Assembly (NCBI GenBank): GCA_963676615.1
Contig: OY781092.1
Coordinates: forward strand, 1,344,001-1,408,000
DNA length: 64,000 nucleotides
Origin: Candidatus Cloacimonadota bacterium
GTDB lineage: Bacteria; Cloacimonadota; Cloacimonadia; G963667145
Reading direction: 5' to 3'
The translations under genes were made by a program, and so were the position numbers. Shown one piece after another: positions 10,257-20,015 of the stretch; position 1 is the first letter of the stretch, and each line of letters starts with the position of its first letter. Under the pieces are notes generated by a model. That model saw nothing but the letters and a program-made list of their open reading frames with translations, made no database searches and had not been told where the DNA came from.

Positions 10257-11516
10257 ATGAGTAAAATAGTAAAAAACTCGAGAAACACAGAAAACGCTCC
10301 GCAGTGCCCATTTAGCACGCAAACGGTAGCTTTTTCGCACTACAACAACATTTCGGCACAATTGCCAATCGATGCCAAAAGCGGCAAAGTCGTCGCTGGC
10401 GGCGTAAAAGAGCAAGCCGCTCAATGCCTTGCCAACATTCAAACAATCGTGAAAAGCGTCGGACACATAATGTCGGATGTCGTGCGCATCAATATTTACC
10501 TGAAAAAAATCACCGATTTGGACGCCGTCAACGAAGTTTACGCAAGCTTCTTCAGCGGATATTTGCCAACCAGAACGGCGCTCGCCGTAAACGACCTGGC
10601 AGCTGGCGCTCTTGTGATGATGGACGCGGTCATCTCCAACGGAGAAGGCACAACGCCGCAAGACCCATGCGATTTGGTCAAACTCGTGCGCAACACACAC
10701 GACGCACCCATCAGCGCAGTCTCCACGCAAACCGTCGCTTTCTCGCACTACAATCACATCTCGGCGCAATTGCCAATCGACGCCAAATCTGGTAAAATCG
10801 TCGGCGAAACCGCCAAAGAGCAAACCGCACAATGCCTGGCAAACATCAAAGCGATAATGGAAGCTATCGACGCTCCGTTCGACGACATCGTCAAAATCAA
10901 TATCCAATTGCGAAACCTCGAAGACATTCACGCAGTTGACGAAGCCTACAAAACCTTCTTCCCAGACTCTGCTATCGCCAGAGCCGTCGGATATTTCCCA
11001 GCTCGCTCAGTCGTGGCTGCCAGCGGTTTGCCGATGGACGCCCTTGTGCAAATCGACGCAACCCTCTCACACGGCGACGGAACTCCGCCACAAGCGGTCG
11101 AAGATCGGCACAACATCGTCATCCGAGCCAAAAACACCAGCGACGCTCCATTTTCACCGGTCTCCACACAAACAGCGGCGTTCTCGCACTACAACAACAT
11201 CTCCGGGCAATTGCCACTCGACGCCAAAACTGGCAAAGTGGTCTCTGGCGGCGCCAAAGAGCAAGCCGAGCAATGCCTAAAAAACATCAAAGCAATCGTT
11301 GAAAGCGTCGGTCACTGTATGGACGATGCAGTCAAAATCAACATCCAGCTCAAAAACCTCGCCGACCTCGACGCAGTAAACGAAGTTTACAAAACATTCT
11401 TCAGCGGCGAGCTGCCAGCCAGAACGGTTTTGGGCGTTAGCGACATACCGCTTGGCGCGCTTGTGCAAATCGACGCCATCATCTCCAACGCCGAAGGGAC
11501 TTTGCCACCAGCATAA
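10257..11516 (+). CDS. Rid (RidA/YjgF/UK114) family protein with three tandem domains
   Basis: Three ~140-aa repeats, each with STQT-A-FSHYN-IS-QLP-DAK and P(T/A)R(T/S); GGAG RBS. Confidence 0.9.
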   Translation: MSKIVKNSRNTENAPQCPFSTQTVAFSHYNNISAQLPIDAKSGKVVAGGVKEQAAQCLANIQTIVKSVGHIMSDVVRINIYLKKITDLDAVNEVYASFFSGYLPTRTALAVNDLAAGALVMMDAVISNGEGTTPQDPCDLVKLVRNTHDAPISAVSTQTVAFSHYNHISAQLPIDAKSGKIVGETAKEQTAQCLANIKAIMEAIDAPFDDIVKINIQLRNLEDIHAVDEAYKTFFPDSAIARAVGYFPARSVVAASGLPMDALVQIDATLSHGDGTPPQAVEDRHNIVIRAKNTSDAPFSPVSTQTAAFSHYNNISGQLPLDAKTGKVVSGGAKEQAEQCLKNIKAIVESVGHCMDDAVKINIQLKNLADLDAVNEVYKTFFSGELPARTVLGVSDIPLGALVQIDAIISNAEGTLPPA

Positions 11517-11535
11517 TCACAAAAAAACAAAACAC

Positions 11536-11569
11536 AAAAGAGGCAGAAAAATTTTCTGTCTCTTTTTTT
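11536..11569 (+). terminator. Rho-independent terminator
   Basis: Stem aaagaggcagaaaa/ttttctgtctcttt followed by a T-run, after the Rid stop. Confidence 0.75.
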
Positions 11570-11661
11570 CGTCCAAACCTCACCTGCCGGACTTCGCCCA
11601 AAAATTCTTGACACTATCGCACTTCCTCACGAATCTAGCTGAAAAAAAATAGGATTGAAAA

Positions 11662-12423
11662 ATGAAAAAGAAAATTATCGCAGGCAACTGGAAAATGAAC
11701 AAAGATTTTTTCGCCGCCAGAGATTTTTTTAACCAAATAAACGAAAAAATAGCTCAAAAATCGCTGACCAAATCGACCTGCATTTTGTGTGTGCCCACGC
11801 CATACCTTTTGCGAGCCAGCAAATCCAGAATCAAGCCCGACTTGCTCTTTGGCGCACAAGATGTCTCCGCCCACACACAAGGCGCTTTCACAGGAGAAAT
11901 CGCCGCCGATATGCTCGCCTCGTGCGAAGTCGATTGCTGCATCGTCGGACATTCCGAACGGCGCAAATATCACAACGAGAGCAACCAAATTTTGAACGAG
12001 AAACTATTCCGACTGCAAGAAAACAACATCACGCCAATCTATTGCATTGGCGAGAGTCTGCAGGAGCGCGAAAATGGCGACACCCAAAAAGTTTTGCAAA
12101 CTCAGCTAGAAGAAGGACTTCGCGGAATCGACCTCGCCAAAGAGTTCATCATCGCCTACGAGCCAATCTGGGCTATCGGCACAGGCAAAGCCGCCACAGC
12201 CGAGACTGCACAAGAGGCGCACGGCTTCATCCGACAATGGCTAAGCCAAAAATATTCGCCCACTATCGCCGCAAAAACGCCGCTGCTCTATGGCGGCAGC
12301 ATGAAACCAGCCAACATCAAAGAGCTAATCTGCCAAAAAGACATCGACGGCGGACTCATCGGCGGCGCAGCTCTGGAGCTCGACAGCTATTGGGAAATGG
12401 TCAAAATCGCCGAGGAATTATAA
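11662..12423 (+). CDS. tpiA: Triosephosphate isomerase
   Basis: IAGNWKMN, GHSERR, AYEPIWAIGTG, YGGS. Confidence 0.98.
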   Translation: MKKKIIAGNWKMNKDFFAARDFFNQINEKIAQKSLTKSTCILCVPTPYLLRASKSRIKPDLLFGAQDVSAHTQGAFTGEIAADMLASCEVDCCIVGHSERRKYHNESNQILNEKLFRLQENNITPIYCIGESLQERENGDTQKVLQTQLEEGLRGIDLAKEFIIAYEPIWAIGTGKAATAETAQEAHGFIRQWLSQKYSPTIAAKTPLLYGGSMKPANIKELICQKDIDGGLIGGAALELDSYWEMVKIAEEL

Positions 12424-12427
12424 AAAA

Positions 12428-13690
12428 ATGTTAGATTTAAAATTTGTTTGCGAGCATCAAGAAGAGGTCAGAGCCAACCTCAAGGCGAAAAAAGTCAGCC
12501 TCGATTTGGACAAAATTCTCCAGCTGGAGGAGCGTCGCAAAAAGGCGCTCTTCGCCTTTGAGACCAAAAAAGCACAGCAAAATAAAGCCTCCAAACTAAT
12601 CGGACAATACAAAAAAGAGGGCAAGCCGACCGACGAAATTTTTGCGCAAGTCAAGCAACTTTCGGAAGAGTTAAAGCAAGAAAGCAGCCAAATCAGCGAA
12701 ATCCAAAACGAGCTAAACGCACTGGCGCTGCGGCTGCCGAATATGCTGGACGCCGATGTGCCGCTGGGAAACAGCGATAGCGACAACCGCTTTCTCAAAG
12801 AGTGGGGCAAAAAAAAGGAGTTCGCTTTTGAGCCGCAAGATCACCTGCAACTCGCCAAAATCAACAACCTGCTCGATTTCGACAAAGCCGCCAAACTCAG
12901 CGGAAGCGGATTTGCTCTGCACACAGGTTTGGGCGCAAAAATCGAGCGAGGCTTAATCAACTTTATGCTCGATTTTCACTCGGCAAAACACGGCTATACC
13001 GAGCTGAATGTGCCATTTTTGGCGAACAGCAAAACGATGACTGGCACAGGGCAACTGCCGAAAATGCAAGACGATATGTACAAAATCGAGGGCGAAGATT
13101 TATACCTTATTCCCACGGCGGAAGTGCCGATAACCAACTACTTTGCGCAAACTGCCACCTCCTACAAAAATCTGCCCCAAAAATTTATGGCGTATTCCGC
13201 CTGCTTCCGCAAAGAGGCTGGCTCCTATGGCAAAGAGACCAAAGGGCTGCAACGACTGCACCAATTCAACAAAGTCGAGCTGGTGCAAATCGTCAAACCC
13301 AGCCAATCTCCGCTGGCTCTGGAAGAGATCTTGCGTGACGCTTGCCAAATCCTAGAAGCCCTAAACCTGCACTACCGCGTCATCACGCTCTGCAGCGGCG
13401 ACACCAGTTTCGCATCTGCCAAAACCTACGACATCGAAGTCTGGTCGCCAGGACAGCAAAAATATCTGGAAGTCTCCTCTGTGAGCAACTTCCGCGACTT
13501 TCAGGCGCGCAGAGCTGGCATCAAATACAAAGACGAAAACGGCAAATCGAACTTCGCGCACACCCTCAACGGCTCTGGCGTAGCGTTGCCGAGACTATTC
13601 ATCGCCCTGATCGAAACATACCAAAACGAAGACGGAACAATCAATTTTCCCAACATCATAAAACCTTACCTAAACGGAGGAATCCAATGA
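12428..13690 (+). CDS. serS: Serine--tRNA ligase
   Basis: N-terminal coiled coil, LIPTAE, FRKEAG, RLHQFNKVE, HTLNGSG. Confidence 0.98.
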   Translation: MLDLKFVCEHQEEVRANLKAKKVSLDLDKILQLEERRKKALFAFETKKAQQNKASKLIGQYKKEGKPTDEIFAQVKQLSEELKQESSQISEIQNELNALALRLPNMLDADVPLGNSDSDNRFLKEWGKKKEFAFEPQDHLQLAKINNLLDFDKAAKLSGSGFALHTGLGAKIERGLINFMLDFHSAKHGYTELNVPFLANSKTMTGTGQLPKMQDDMYKIEGEDLYLIPTAEVPITNYFAQTATSYKNLPQKFMAYSACFRKEAGSYGKETKGLQRLHQFNKVELVQIVKPSQSPLALEEILRDACQILEALNLHYRVITLCSGDTSFASAKTYDIEVWSPGQQKYLEVSSVSNFRDFQARRAGIKYKDENGKSNFAHTLNGSGVALPRLFIALIETYQNEDGTINFPNIIKPYLNGGIQ

Positions 13691-14145
13691 ACAAAAAAAT
13701 CATCATCGCAATCGCAATCGTCGTCCTGGCGCTAGCTGGCATCATCTTCTACGCCACACGACCTATACCACTTGGCAAACCTTTGCAACTCAAAGATGTC
13801 TTGGCAAAAAATGTCGCCGAGAACGGCAAAAGAGCACTCATCGACCTTAGAACCGTGGGCAATTTCGACTGGAACACACTCTACATCTTGTCGCCATATC
13901 GCAAAGAAATCAAAGGCTTGCGTGGAATGGAAAAAGTTTTTGCCGACGCCAAAATCGAGCCGAACACCTGCATTTTGCTCTTCGCAGAAGGCGATGTCGT
14001 CAACGGATTTGCGGTTGTGCCTCGCAACATCGTCGATTTTTCGCTATTATCAGAAAAATACCCCCGCGAAAAAGCAAACTTCAGGCTGCAAAAAAGACCG
14101 TTCAACGGACCTGGCAACAAACCGTGGTATAATGTCATCCTCTAG
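13687..14145 (+). CDS. Hypothetical membrane-anchored protein
   Basis: ATG 13687 overlaps serS stop with GGAGG RBS; MNKKIIIAIAIVVLALAGIIFY signal/anchor. Confidence 0.75.
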   Translation: MNKKIIIAIAIVVLALAGIIFYATRPIPLGKPLQLKDVLAKNVAENGKRALIDLRTVGNFDWNTLYILSPYRKEIKGLRGMEKVFADAKIEPNTCILLFAEGDVVNGFAVVPRNIVDFSLLSEKYPREKANFRLQKRPFNGPGNKPWYNVIL

Positions 14146-15093
14146 ATGCCAGACAATCCCAAAATAGTTTTTGCAGGATCACCTGCGTTTGCCCTGCCAA
14201 CTCTGCAAGCCCTTTGCAAAACGGAGTTGCGCCCTTGCCTTGTCATCACGATGCCCGACAGCAAAAAAGGTCGCGGCAAAAAACTATCGGCAACACCCGT
14301 AAAAATTTTGGCGCAAAAGCTGCAAATCCAAACTGTTTGCACCAGCGACATCAACCAGCTAATCCCCCAGCTAGAACAGCTGCAACCCGACTTGCTCATC
14401 ACCGTTGCCTACGGCGGCTACCTGCGCGGCAAAATTCGCAAACTGCCCAAATTCGGCTGTATCAACCTGCACCCCTCGCTCCTGCCAGCCTATCGTGGAG
14501 CCAATCCGATCAAATATCCGCTGCTAAACGGCGAGCAAACAACAGGTTACACCATCTTCAAAATCGTCGCCAAAATGGACGCCGGCGGCATCTACTATCA
14601 AAAAAAAATCGCTATCGACCCGCAAGAAAATTTCGCCCAGCTACACGACAAATTGGCAGAAGAAGGCGCAGCAGGAATGGTGCAAACCGTGCGAAAAATT
14701 ATCGCAGGCCAGATCAATGCCACGCAGCAAGACCACGCACAAGCCACTTACACCCAAAAAACCGAAAAAAGCGACACCTACATCAACTGGAACAACTCTG
14801 CCAAAGCGCTCCACAACTTTGTGCGAGCCTACAGCCCAAAACCTTGCGCTATCACATTTTTGGACGAAAAACCGCTAAAAATCGTCGCTTGCCAAATAAC
14901 CGAGCAAAAATCGACTTCACCCGCTGGCACTATCGCCGAAATCGCCAAAAACCAAGGCTTTTTGGTCTGCACCCAAGATTTCGACATCTTGGTCACAAAG
15001 GTGCTGCCTGCGGGCAAAAAAGAGATGGACGCCTACGCTTTTTCCCTTGGCAAAACCGACCTGCTGGCAAAAAAATTCGGCAACCCACAATGA
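14146..15093 (+). CDS. fmt: Methionyl-tRNA formyltransferase
   Basis: IVFAGSPAFA, INLHPSLLPAYRGANP, MDAG. Confidence 0.96.
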   Translation: MPDNPKIVFAGSPAFALPTLQALCKTELRPCLVITMPDSKKGRGKKLSATPVKILAQKLQIQTVCTSDINQLIPQLEQLQPDLLITVAYGGYLRGKIRKLPKFGCINLHPSLLPAYRGANPIKYPLLNGEQTTGYTIFKIVAKMDAGGIYYQKKIAIDPQENFAQLHDKLAEEGAAGMVQTVRKIIAGQINATQQDHAQATYTQKTEKSDTYINWNNSAKALHNFVRAYSPKPCAITFLDEKPLKIVACQITEQKSTSPAGTIAEIAKNQGFLVCTQDFDILVTKVLPAGKKEMDAYAFSLGKTDLLAKKFGNPQ

Positions 15094-15602
15094 ACAATTT
15101 GCTACGATTTCTGCTCAATTTCGGCTTTGCCTGCCTGCTGATTCCTGCCAAAATTTTCAGGCAAAAAACAAGCCTAAGACGCTCATACATAAAGCTTTCC
15201 AATCGTCTTACAAACTACGGCAAATTCGCACCCGAAAAAATTTTGCTCCTTTTGCCACACTGCTTTCAGGTCAGCGACTGCCCCATCAGGATTACGACAG
15301 ACATACACAACTGCAAAAGTTGCGGCAAGTGCCAAATGGGCGAGATTTTACAGTTGCAAAAAAAATACGGCATCTGCGTCTGCATCGCCACTGGCGGCTC
15401 GCTCGCACGCAAAAAAATCAAAGAGCTCAGACCAAAACTGGTGATCGCCGCCGCCTGCTATCGCGACCTTTCCGAAGGCATCCACGACATTTTTCCGATG
15501 CCCGTGTTCGGCACACTCATCTCGCGTCCCAAAGGACCTTGCCAGGACACCCAGCTGGACATCCCAGAAATTGAAAAAACGATAAAGAGATATTTAAAAT
15601 GA
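15090..15602 (+). CDS. DUF116 family protein
   Basis: LLLLPHC..C, CKSCGKC, IATGGSLARK, AAACYRDL, GPC; usual position downstream of fmt. Confidence 0.85.
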   Translation: MNNLLRFLLNFGFACLLIPAKIFRQKTSLRRSYIKLSNRLTNYGKFAPEKILLLLPHCFQVSDCPIRITTDIHNCKSCGKCQMGEILQLQKKYGICVCIATGGSLARKKIKELRPKLVIAAACYRDLSEGIHDIFPMPVFGTLISRPKGPCQDTQLDIPEIEKTIKRYLK

Positions 15603-17275
15603 CAACAAAAAAACGCAAAATTTCCGCGCAGGAAATGGAAAAACTCTCGTCCTGCTTCACCCTTTCGGATATGGAAATCTTCATCTTCCCCGAGCTTTTC
15701 TACTCGCTGGTGCTCGCCAACATCTGCTCTCCGCTGATTTGGGAAATGCAAAGCGACCCGTGGTTTCGGGGGCTTCACACCAAAAGCGACGCCCAAAAAA
15801 TCAAGCGCATCAAGCAATTCATAATGGACCGCTTCGAATTCAACCTCGATTTGCAAACTTGGGGGCTGACCAACAAACTCACCGAAGTCAACCGCTTCAA
15901 AGAGTTCGTCGATATGGACATTCTGGCAAACTCCAACGCCCTGTTTGGCTATCACGGCGACAAATACTACTTCGACATCGACATCCGCCGCCATTTCGGA
16001 CTCGACAAATACAACGGCGACATCATCCCCTATTGGAAAACCGAGACCGTCGAGGCCATGAGCGCCTTTTGCCACAAACCAGAATACGACCAAGGAGCCG
16101 GAGAGTGCGTATCGTTCGCCTGTCTCTACGCAGCGGCGCTATTCATCATCGGCAAAATCCCCTTGGAAAAAATCTACCTAATGGCAACGCCCCTGCACTC
16201 GCAAAACTTCATCGATATAGAAGACGGCATCCTCACCAACAATCGCCGCATCATCACCAAAAATATGTGGTTCAACGGAACAGCCCTCTCCACAAAAGCG
16301 CGCAGAGCGCTAGAAAACGAGCAAATCACGATGGTCAGCCACATCAGCGGCTATGTCCACTCGACCTACGAAAAAGCGACCATCGACGCAGGCGAATTCA
16401 AAAACTTCCGCCAAAAACTCGCATCGTTCCTCTCGCACAAACCAAACGCCGTAACTTTCAGGAGTTTTCTGCGCTCCAAACCAGAACTGCAAAAACACTT
16501 CCAATTCTCGATCAAGCAAAAAGGAGCGACCTACTATCTCGGCGTCGAGACGATTTTTTCCTACGAAAACAGCTCCAAAAATAGCTTTTCCGACAGCTCC
16601 AAAAGGGCGCTTCTGCAAGAGATAGACACCGACGAATTTAGCCTCACGCCGCTGGAAGGCAGAGCCGATCTGCAAGATTTCGAAAAGCAACTCATCAGCA
16701 AAAAAAGCAAATTCTCGTGCCAAAAAGCGCTGGACATCATCGAGCAATACAACGAGTTCATCCACACTTCGCCGCGCTTTCCGTGTCAGATGAAAGATTA
16801 TCAAAATCAATCGCCGCTGCAAATCGACACCCAGATGAGTCGGCACGAAATTTTGGAATACCTGACCTTGCAAGCCGCAAAAAACAAAATCGCCCACTAC
16901 ACGCTCTACACCTATCGTCAAATGGACGCAATCGACTGGAGACCATACATTTACGCCTGTCAAACTCGCAGCCCAATCTGCCAAGAAAAATTTGCCAAAC
17001 TCTCGCCGCAAAAGCTATTTGAGGCTCTGCAAAAAATGAAAAATGCGTCTATCTACAGCGAAAATCGGCTTGCCACACCAGACGAAGCCTGCAACTTCGG
17101 CACCGCCGACGGCATCGAAAAAGCGATAATTATGGCGACCTGCTTCCCAAAAGAAGCTGGAGCTCTGCTCGTCGCTGGCGAAAAAGTGGAGATAGAGATC
17201 TCTTGCGAAAAATTTTGCTTCTCGTCCCAAAAAAGTTTGCACAAAACCATCGACTTGCAAAAAATTTCGTGCTAA
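15599..17275 (+). CDS. Hypothetical protein with transglutaminase-like Cys/His motif
   Basis: 558-aa ORF coupled to DUF116; GECVS..LYAAAL...G.IP...LHSQ. Confidence 0.8.
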   Translation: MTTKKRKISAQEMEKLSSCFTLSDMEIFIFPELFYSLVLANICSPLIWEMQSDPWFRGLHTKSDAQKIKRIKQFIMDRFEFNLDLQTWGLTNKLTEVNRFKEFVDMDILANSNALFGYHGDKYYFDIDIRRHFGLDKYNGDIIPYWKTETVEAMSAFCHKPEYDQGAGECVSFACLYAAALFIIGKIPLEKIYLMATPLHSQNFIDIEDGILTNNRRIITKNMWFNGTALSTKARRALENEQITMVSHISGYVHSTYEKATIDAGEFKNFRQKLASFLSHKPNAVTFRSFLRSKPELQKHFQFSIKQKGATYYLGVETIFSYENSSKNSFSDSSKRALLQEIDTDEFSLTPLEGRADLQDFEKQLISKKSKFSCQKALDIIEQYNEFIHTSPRFPCQMKDYQNQSPLQIDTQMSRHEILEYLTLQAAKNKIAHYTLYTYRQMDAIDWRPYIYACQTRSPICQEKFAKLSPQKLFEALQKMKNASIYSENRLATPDEACNFGTADGIEKAIIMATCFPKEAGALLVAGEKVEIEISCEKFCFSSQKSLHKTIDLQKISC

Positions 17276-18006
17276 CTGCCCGCCTCTAGCGAGTCCAGCC
17301 GCAAAAACTCCTGCAGAAATTTCTGCTCTTTTGGCGTGTTGAGCGCAGAATTTTCTCGCAAAATCTTGCCTTCGTCTTGCCGAAACTCGAGCGCCGCCTG
17401 AACAATATGCTCCAAAATCGCTTTGATCCGACCCTTTATCGCCCAGCGCACAACGCCAAGCGAGAGCAAACCGTTCACAAACGAGCTCTCGTTAAAAAGA
17501 AAAATCCGCAGCTCGTAGTCGCAAGTTTGCTGCCGCGAAGCCGCAATATCGACCATCACCAAGGCCGTGCCGTAGAGATGCCACCACAAAAAATAGCCTT
17601 CGCCGTCGCCATAATAGACGCGCCTGTCCGTCTGCGCCAAAGGCGAGAGCAAATTCATTCTGCCCTGCAAACCTTTTATCGTCGCCAAAAATCGCCGCTT
17701 GTCCGCATCCAGATACTTTATCTTGTAATCGGTTCCACGATAAGCGTTTACCAGCTTCGCCGTCTGGGGCAAATTCTCGAACAAAAAATTGAGCGACGCA
17801 AAACCCAGCGGCACCTGTCCACGCAAAACATACTCGACTCTGCCGTCAATCTGCAACTCTTTCTTCACCCGAGCGCCCCAATAGCCCGTCAGTTGCACAT
17901 TCCGCGCAGACAACTCCGCCTGCAAAGCGTCCTCGGCAAAAATCGGCGCAACCAGCACGCTCAGCGCAAAAATCAGCCACAACTTCCGACAAAAAAACTT
18001 CTTCAT
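17272..18006 (-). CDS. Hypothetical exported protein
   Basis: Signal peptide MKKFFCRKLWLIFALSVLVAPIFA from ATG 18006. Confidence 0.7.
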   Translation of the reverse strand: MKKFFCRKLWLIFALSVLVAPIFAEDALQAELSARNVQLTGYWGARVKKELQIDGRVEYVLRGQVPLGFASLNFLFENLPQTAKLVNAYRGTDYKIKYLDADKRRFLATIKGLQGRMNLLSPLAQTDRRVYYGDGEGYFLWWHLYGTALVMVDIAASRQQTCDYELRIFLFNESSFVNGLLSLGVVRWAIKGRIKAILEHIVQAALEFRQDEGKILRENSALNTPKEQKFLQEFLRLDSLEAGS

Positions 18007-18183
18007 ACAGCCACTCTCCACATCCACACAAATCTGCCAATCACAAAATGGGGATTTTGCTGAAAAAAGCTCCACCAAAAAGCGAAAATTGGCTTGACGG
18101 CGCAGGAACAACAAGTTTTATTTGGGAAAAATAAGGGAAATAATTAAATTTCACAAAATTCAAAAAACTAGAGCGTTTAGCCA

Positions 18184-19206
18184 ATGAAAAAATACAGTTT
18201 CAAAAACGACTACAGCGAGGGCTGTCACACAAAAATTTTAGAGAAGCTAAGCCAGGCAAATCTCGTGCAAGAAGAAGGATATGGACTGGACAGCTTTTGC
18301 GAAGAAGCCAAAAAAGCGATTCGCCAAAAAATCGGCAATAAAGATACCGCCATCCACTTTTTAGCCACTGGCACGCAAACAAACTTAGTCGTAATCTCCT
18401 CAATTCTAAAGCCTTACGAATCCGTTATAGCGCCAGAAACGGGGCATATCGCTGTCCACGAAACTGGAGCCATCGAGGCGACAGGCCACAAAATAAACAC
18501 GGTCAAAACCGAAAACGGAAAACTAAAAAGCCAAGACATACAGGCAGTCCTAGACGCCCACACTGACGAGCATATGGTAAAGCCACGCTTGGTATTCATC
18601 TCAAATTCAACCGAAATCGGGAGCGTCTATACAAAAAACGAATTGCAAATTTTATCCGATTTTTGCAAAAAAAACAACTTGTATTTATATGTCGATGGCG
18701 CCCGATTAGGCTCCGCTCTTACCTGCCCAAAAAGCGATTTGTCTTTGGCGGACTTGGCAAATCTGGTCGATGTTTTTTACATCGGCGGCACAAAAAATGG
18801 CGCATTATTAGGCGAAGCAATCGTCATAAACAACGAAAAATTAAGCGAAAATTTTCGCTTCAACATCAAGCAAAAAGGCGCTTTACTCGCCAAAGGCAGA
18901 ATCTTGGGAATTCAATTTTTGGTTCTATTCAAGGACGATTTATTTTTCAAACTCGCAAAACATGCAAATTCGATGGCGGCAAAACTGGCAAAAGCGTTAA
19001 AAGAACAAAATTACAATTTTCTGATAGAGCCAGCCTCAAACCAAATTTTCCCGATTTTGCCGAACAATTTAATAGAAAAACTTGGCAAAAAATACTCGTT
19101 TTATATTTGGGAAAAAATTGATGGTCGAAATTCAGCCATCAGATTAGTCACCTCTTGGGCAACAAAAGAAGAGATCGTGGATAAATTTATTTCCGAGCTG
19201 AAATAA
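18184..19206 (+). CDS. ltaE: Low-specificity L-threonine aldolase
   Basis: SFKNDYSEG, GTQTN, HETGA, DGARL, YIGGTKNG. Confidence 0.9.
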   Translation: MKKYSFKNDYSEGCHTKILEKLSQANLVQEEGYGLDSFCEEAKKAIRQKIGNKDTAIHFLATGTQTNLVVISSILKPYESVIAPETGHIAVHETGAIEATGHKINTVKTENGKLKSQDIQAVLDAHTDEHMVKPRLVFISNSTEIGSVYTKNELQILSDFCKKNNLYLYVDGARLGSALTCPKSDLSLADLANLVDVFYIGGTKNGALLGEAIVINNEKLSENFRFNIKQKGALLAKGRILGIQFLVLFKDDLFFKLAKHANSMAAKLAKALKEQNYNFLIEPASNQIFPILPNNLIEKLGKKYSFYIWEKIDGRNSAIRLVTSWATKEEIVDKFISELK

Positions 19207-19263
19207 GCACATTTCTTTCTTTCGGTTGACCACAAAAAATCTAACCGATAAAAAGGACACACT

Positions 19264-19977
19264 ATGAAAAAAACGCTTCTTTCGCTAATCTTTTCCTTCA
19301 TAATTTTGGCGAGCTACAGCCAAAATCTTACCAAAAATTTCATCGACAAAAACTATATCGAAGTCACTGGCTTTGCCTGCAAAACCATCACACCAAACCA
19401 AATCTATCTACACATTTTGATTAACGAAAAAGATTTGAAAAACAAAAACTTGGCAAAAACAGAAAAAGCGATGATCGATAAACTCAAAGAAATCGGCGTA
19501 AATGTGAATAAAGAGCTTACTGCCAAAGATTTGAGCAGCGATTTTGAGTATCATTGGGCGTTCAATTCCGACATTTTGCTCTCCAAAGAGTATCGACTGC
19601 TAGTGCACGACGCTATTACGGCTGGAGAGGTTTTTAGCCAATTAAAAAAACTGGGAATTTCCAACATCTCTGTCGCAGAAGTCAGCCACAGCGAAATCGA
19701 AAAATTAAAAAAAGATGTCAAAATTCAGGCGATGCAATCTGCCAAAGACGATGCGAAGTCGCTTGCCACAGCCATCGGACAAAAAATTGGGCGAGCGCTT
19801 TTCATCAACGCAAATCACCACGAAAACCTAACCAAAGAATACTCGTATGCCAACATCTACACCGCCAGAGTCAGAGGTGCTCCTACCAAAAAAAACCTAA
19901 GTTCTAGTAAACCAAACATCAAGTTTGAAAAAATCAAACTAGCTTACCAAGTTACCGCAAGATTTGCTTTGGAATAG
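19264..19977 (+). CDS. SIMPL (DUF541) domain periplasmic protein
   Basis: Signal peptide, YIEVTG...PNQI, A..AK..A..LA pattern, C-terminal VTARFALE. Confidence 0.8.
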   Translation: MKKTLLSLIFSFIILASYSQNLTKNFIDKNYIEVTGFACKTITPNQIYLHILINEKDLKNKNLAKTEKAMIDKLKEIGVNVNKELTAKDLSSDFEYHWAFNSDILLSKEYRLLVHDAITAGEVFSQLKKLGISNISVAEVSHSEIEKLKKDVKIQAMQSAKDDAKSLATAIGQKIGRALFINANHHENLTKEYSYANIYTARVRGAPTKKNLSSSKPNIKFEKIKLAYQVTARFALE

Positions 19978-20015
19978 AAAAAATGCCAAATTTCAAAATA
20001 TAAAAAAGGCAAAAT

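Noticed and set aside
14214..15089. Long N-terminal extension of the DUF116 ORF (462 aa call)
   Set aside because: Overlaps fmt in another frame; real start is ATG 15090 coupled to the fmt stop. The same applies to the extended calls at 13342, 36962 and 40234-41592.
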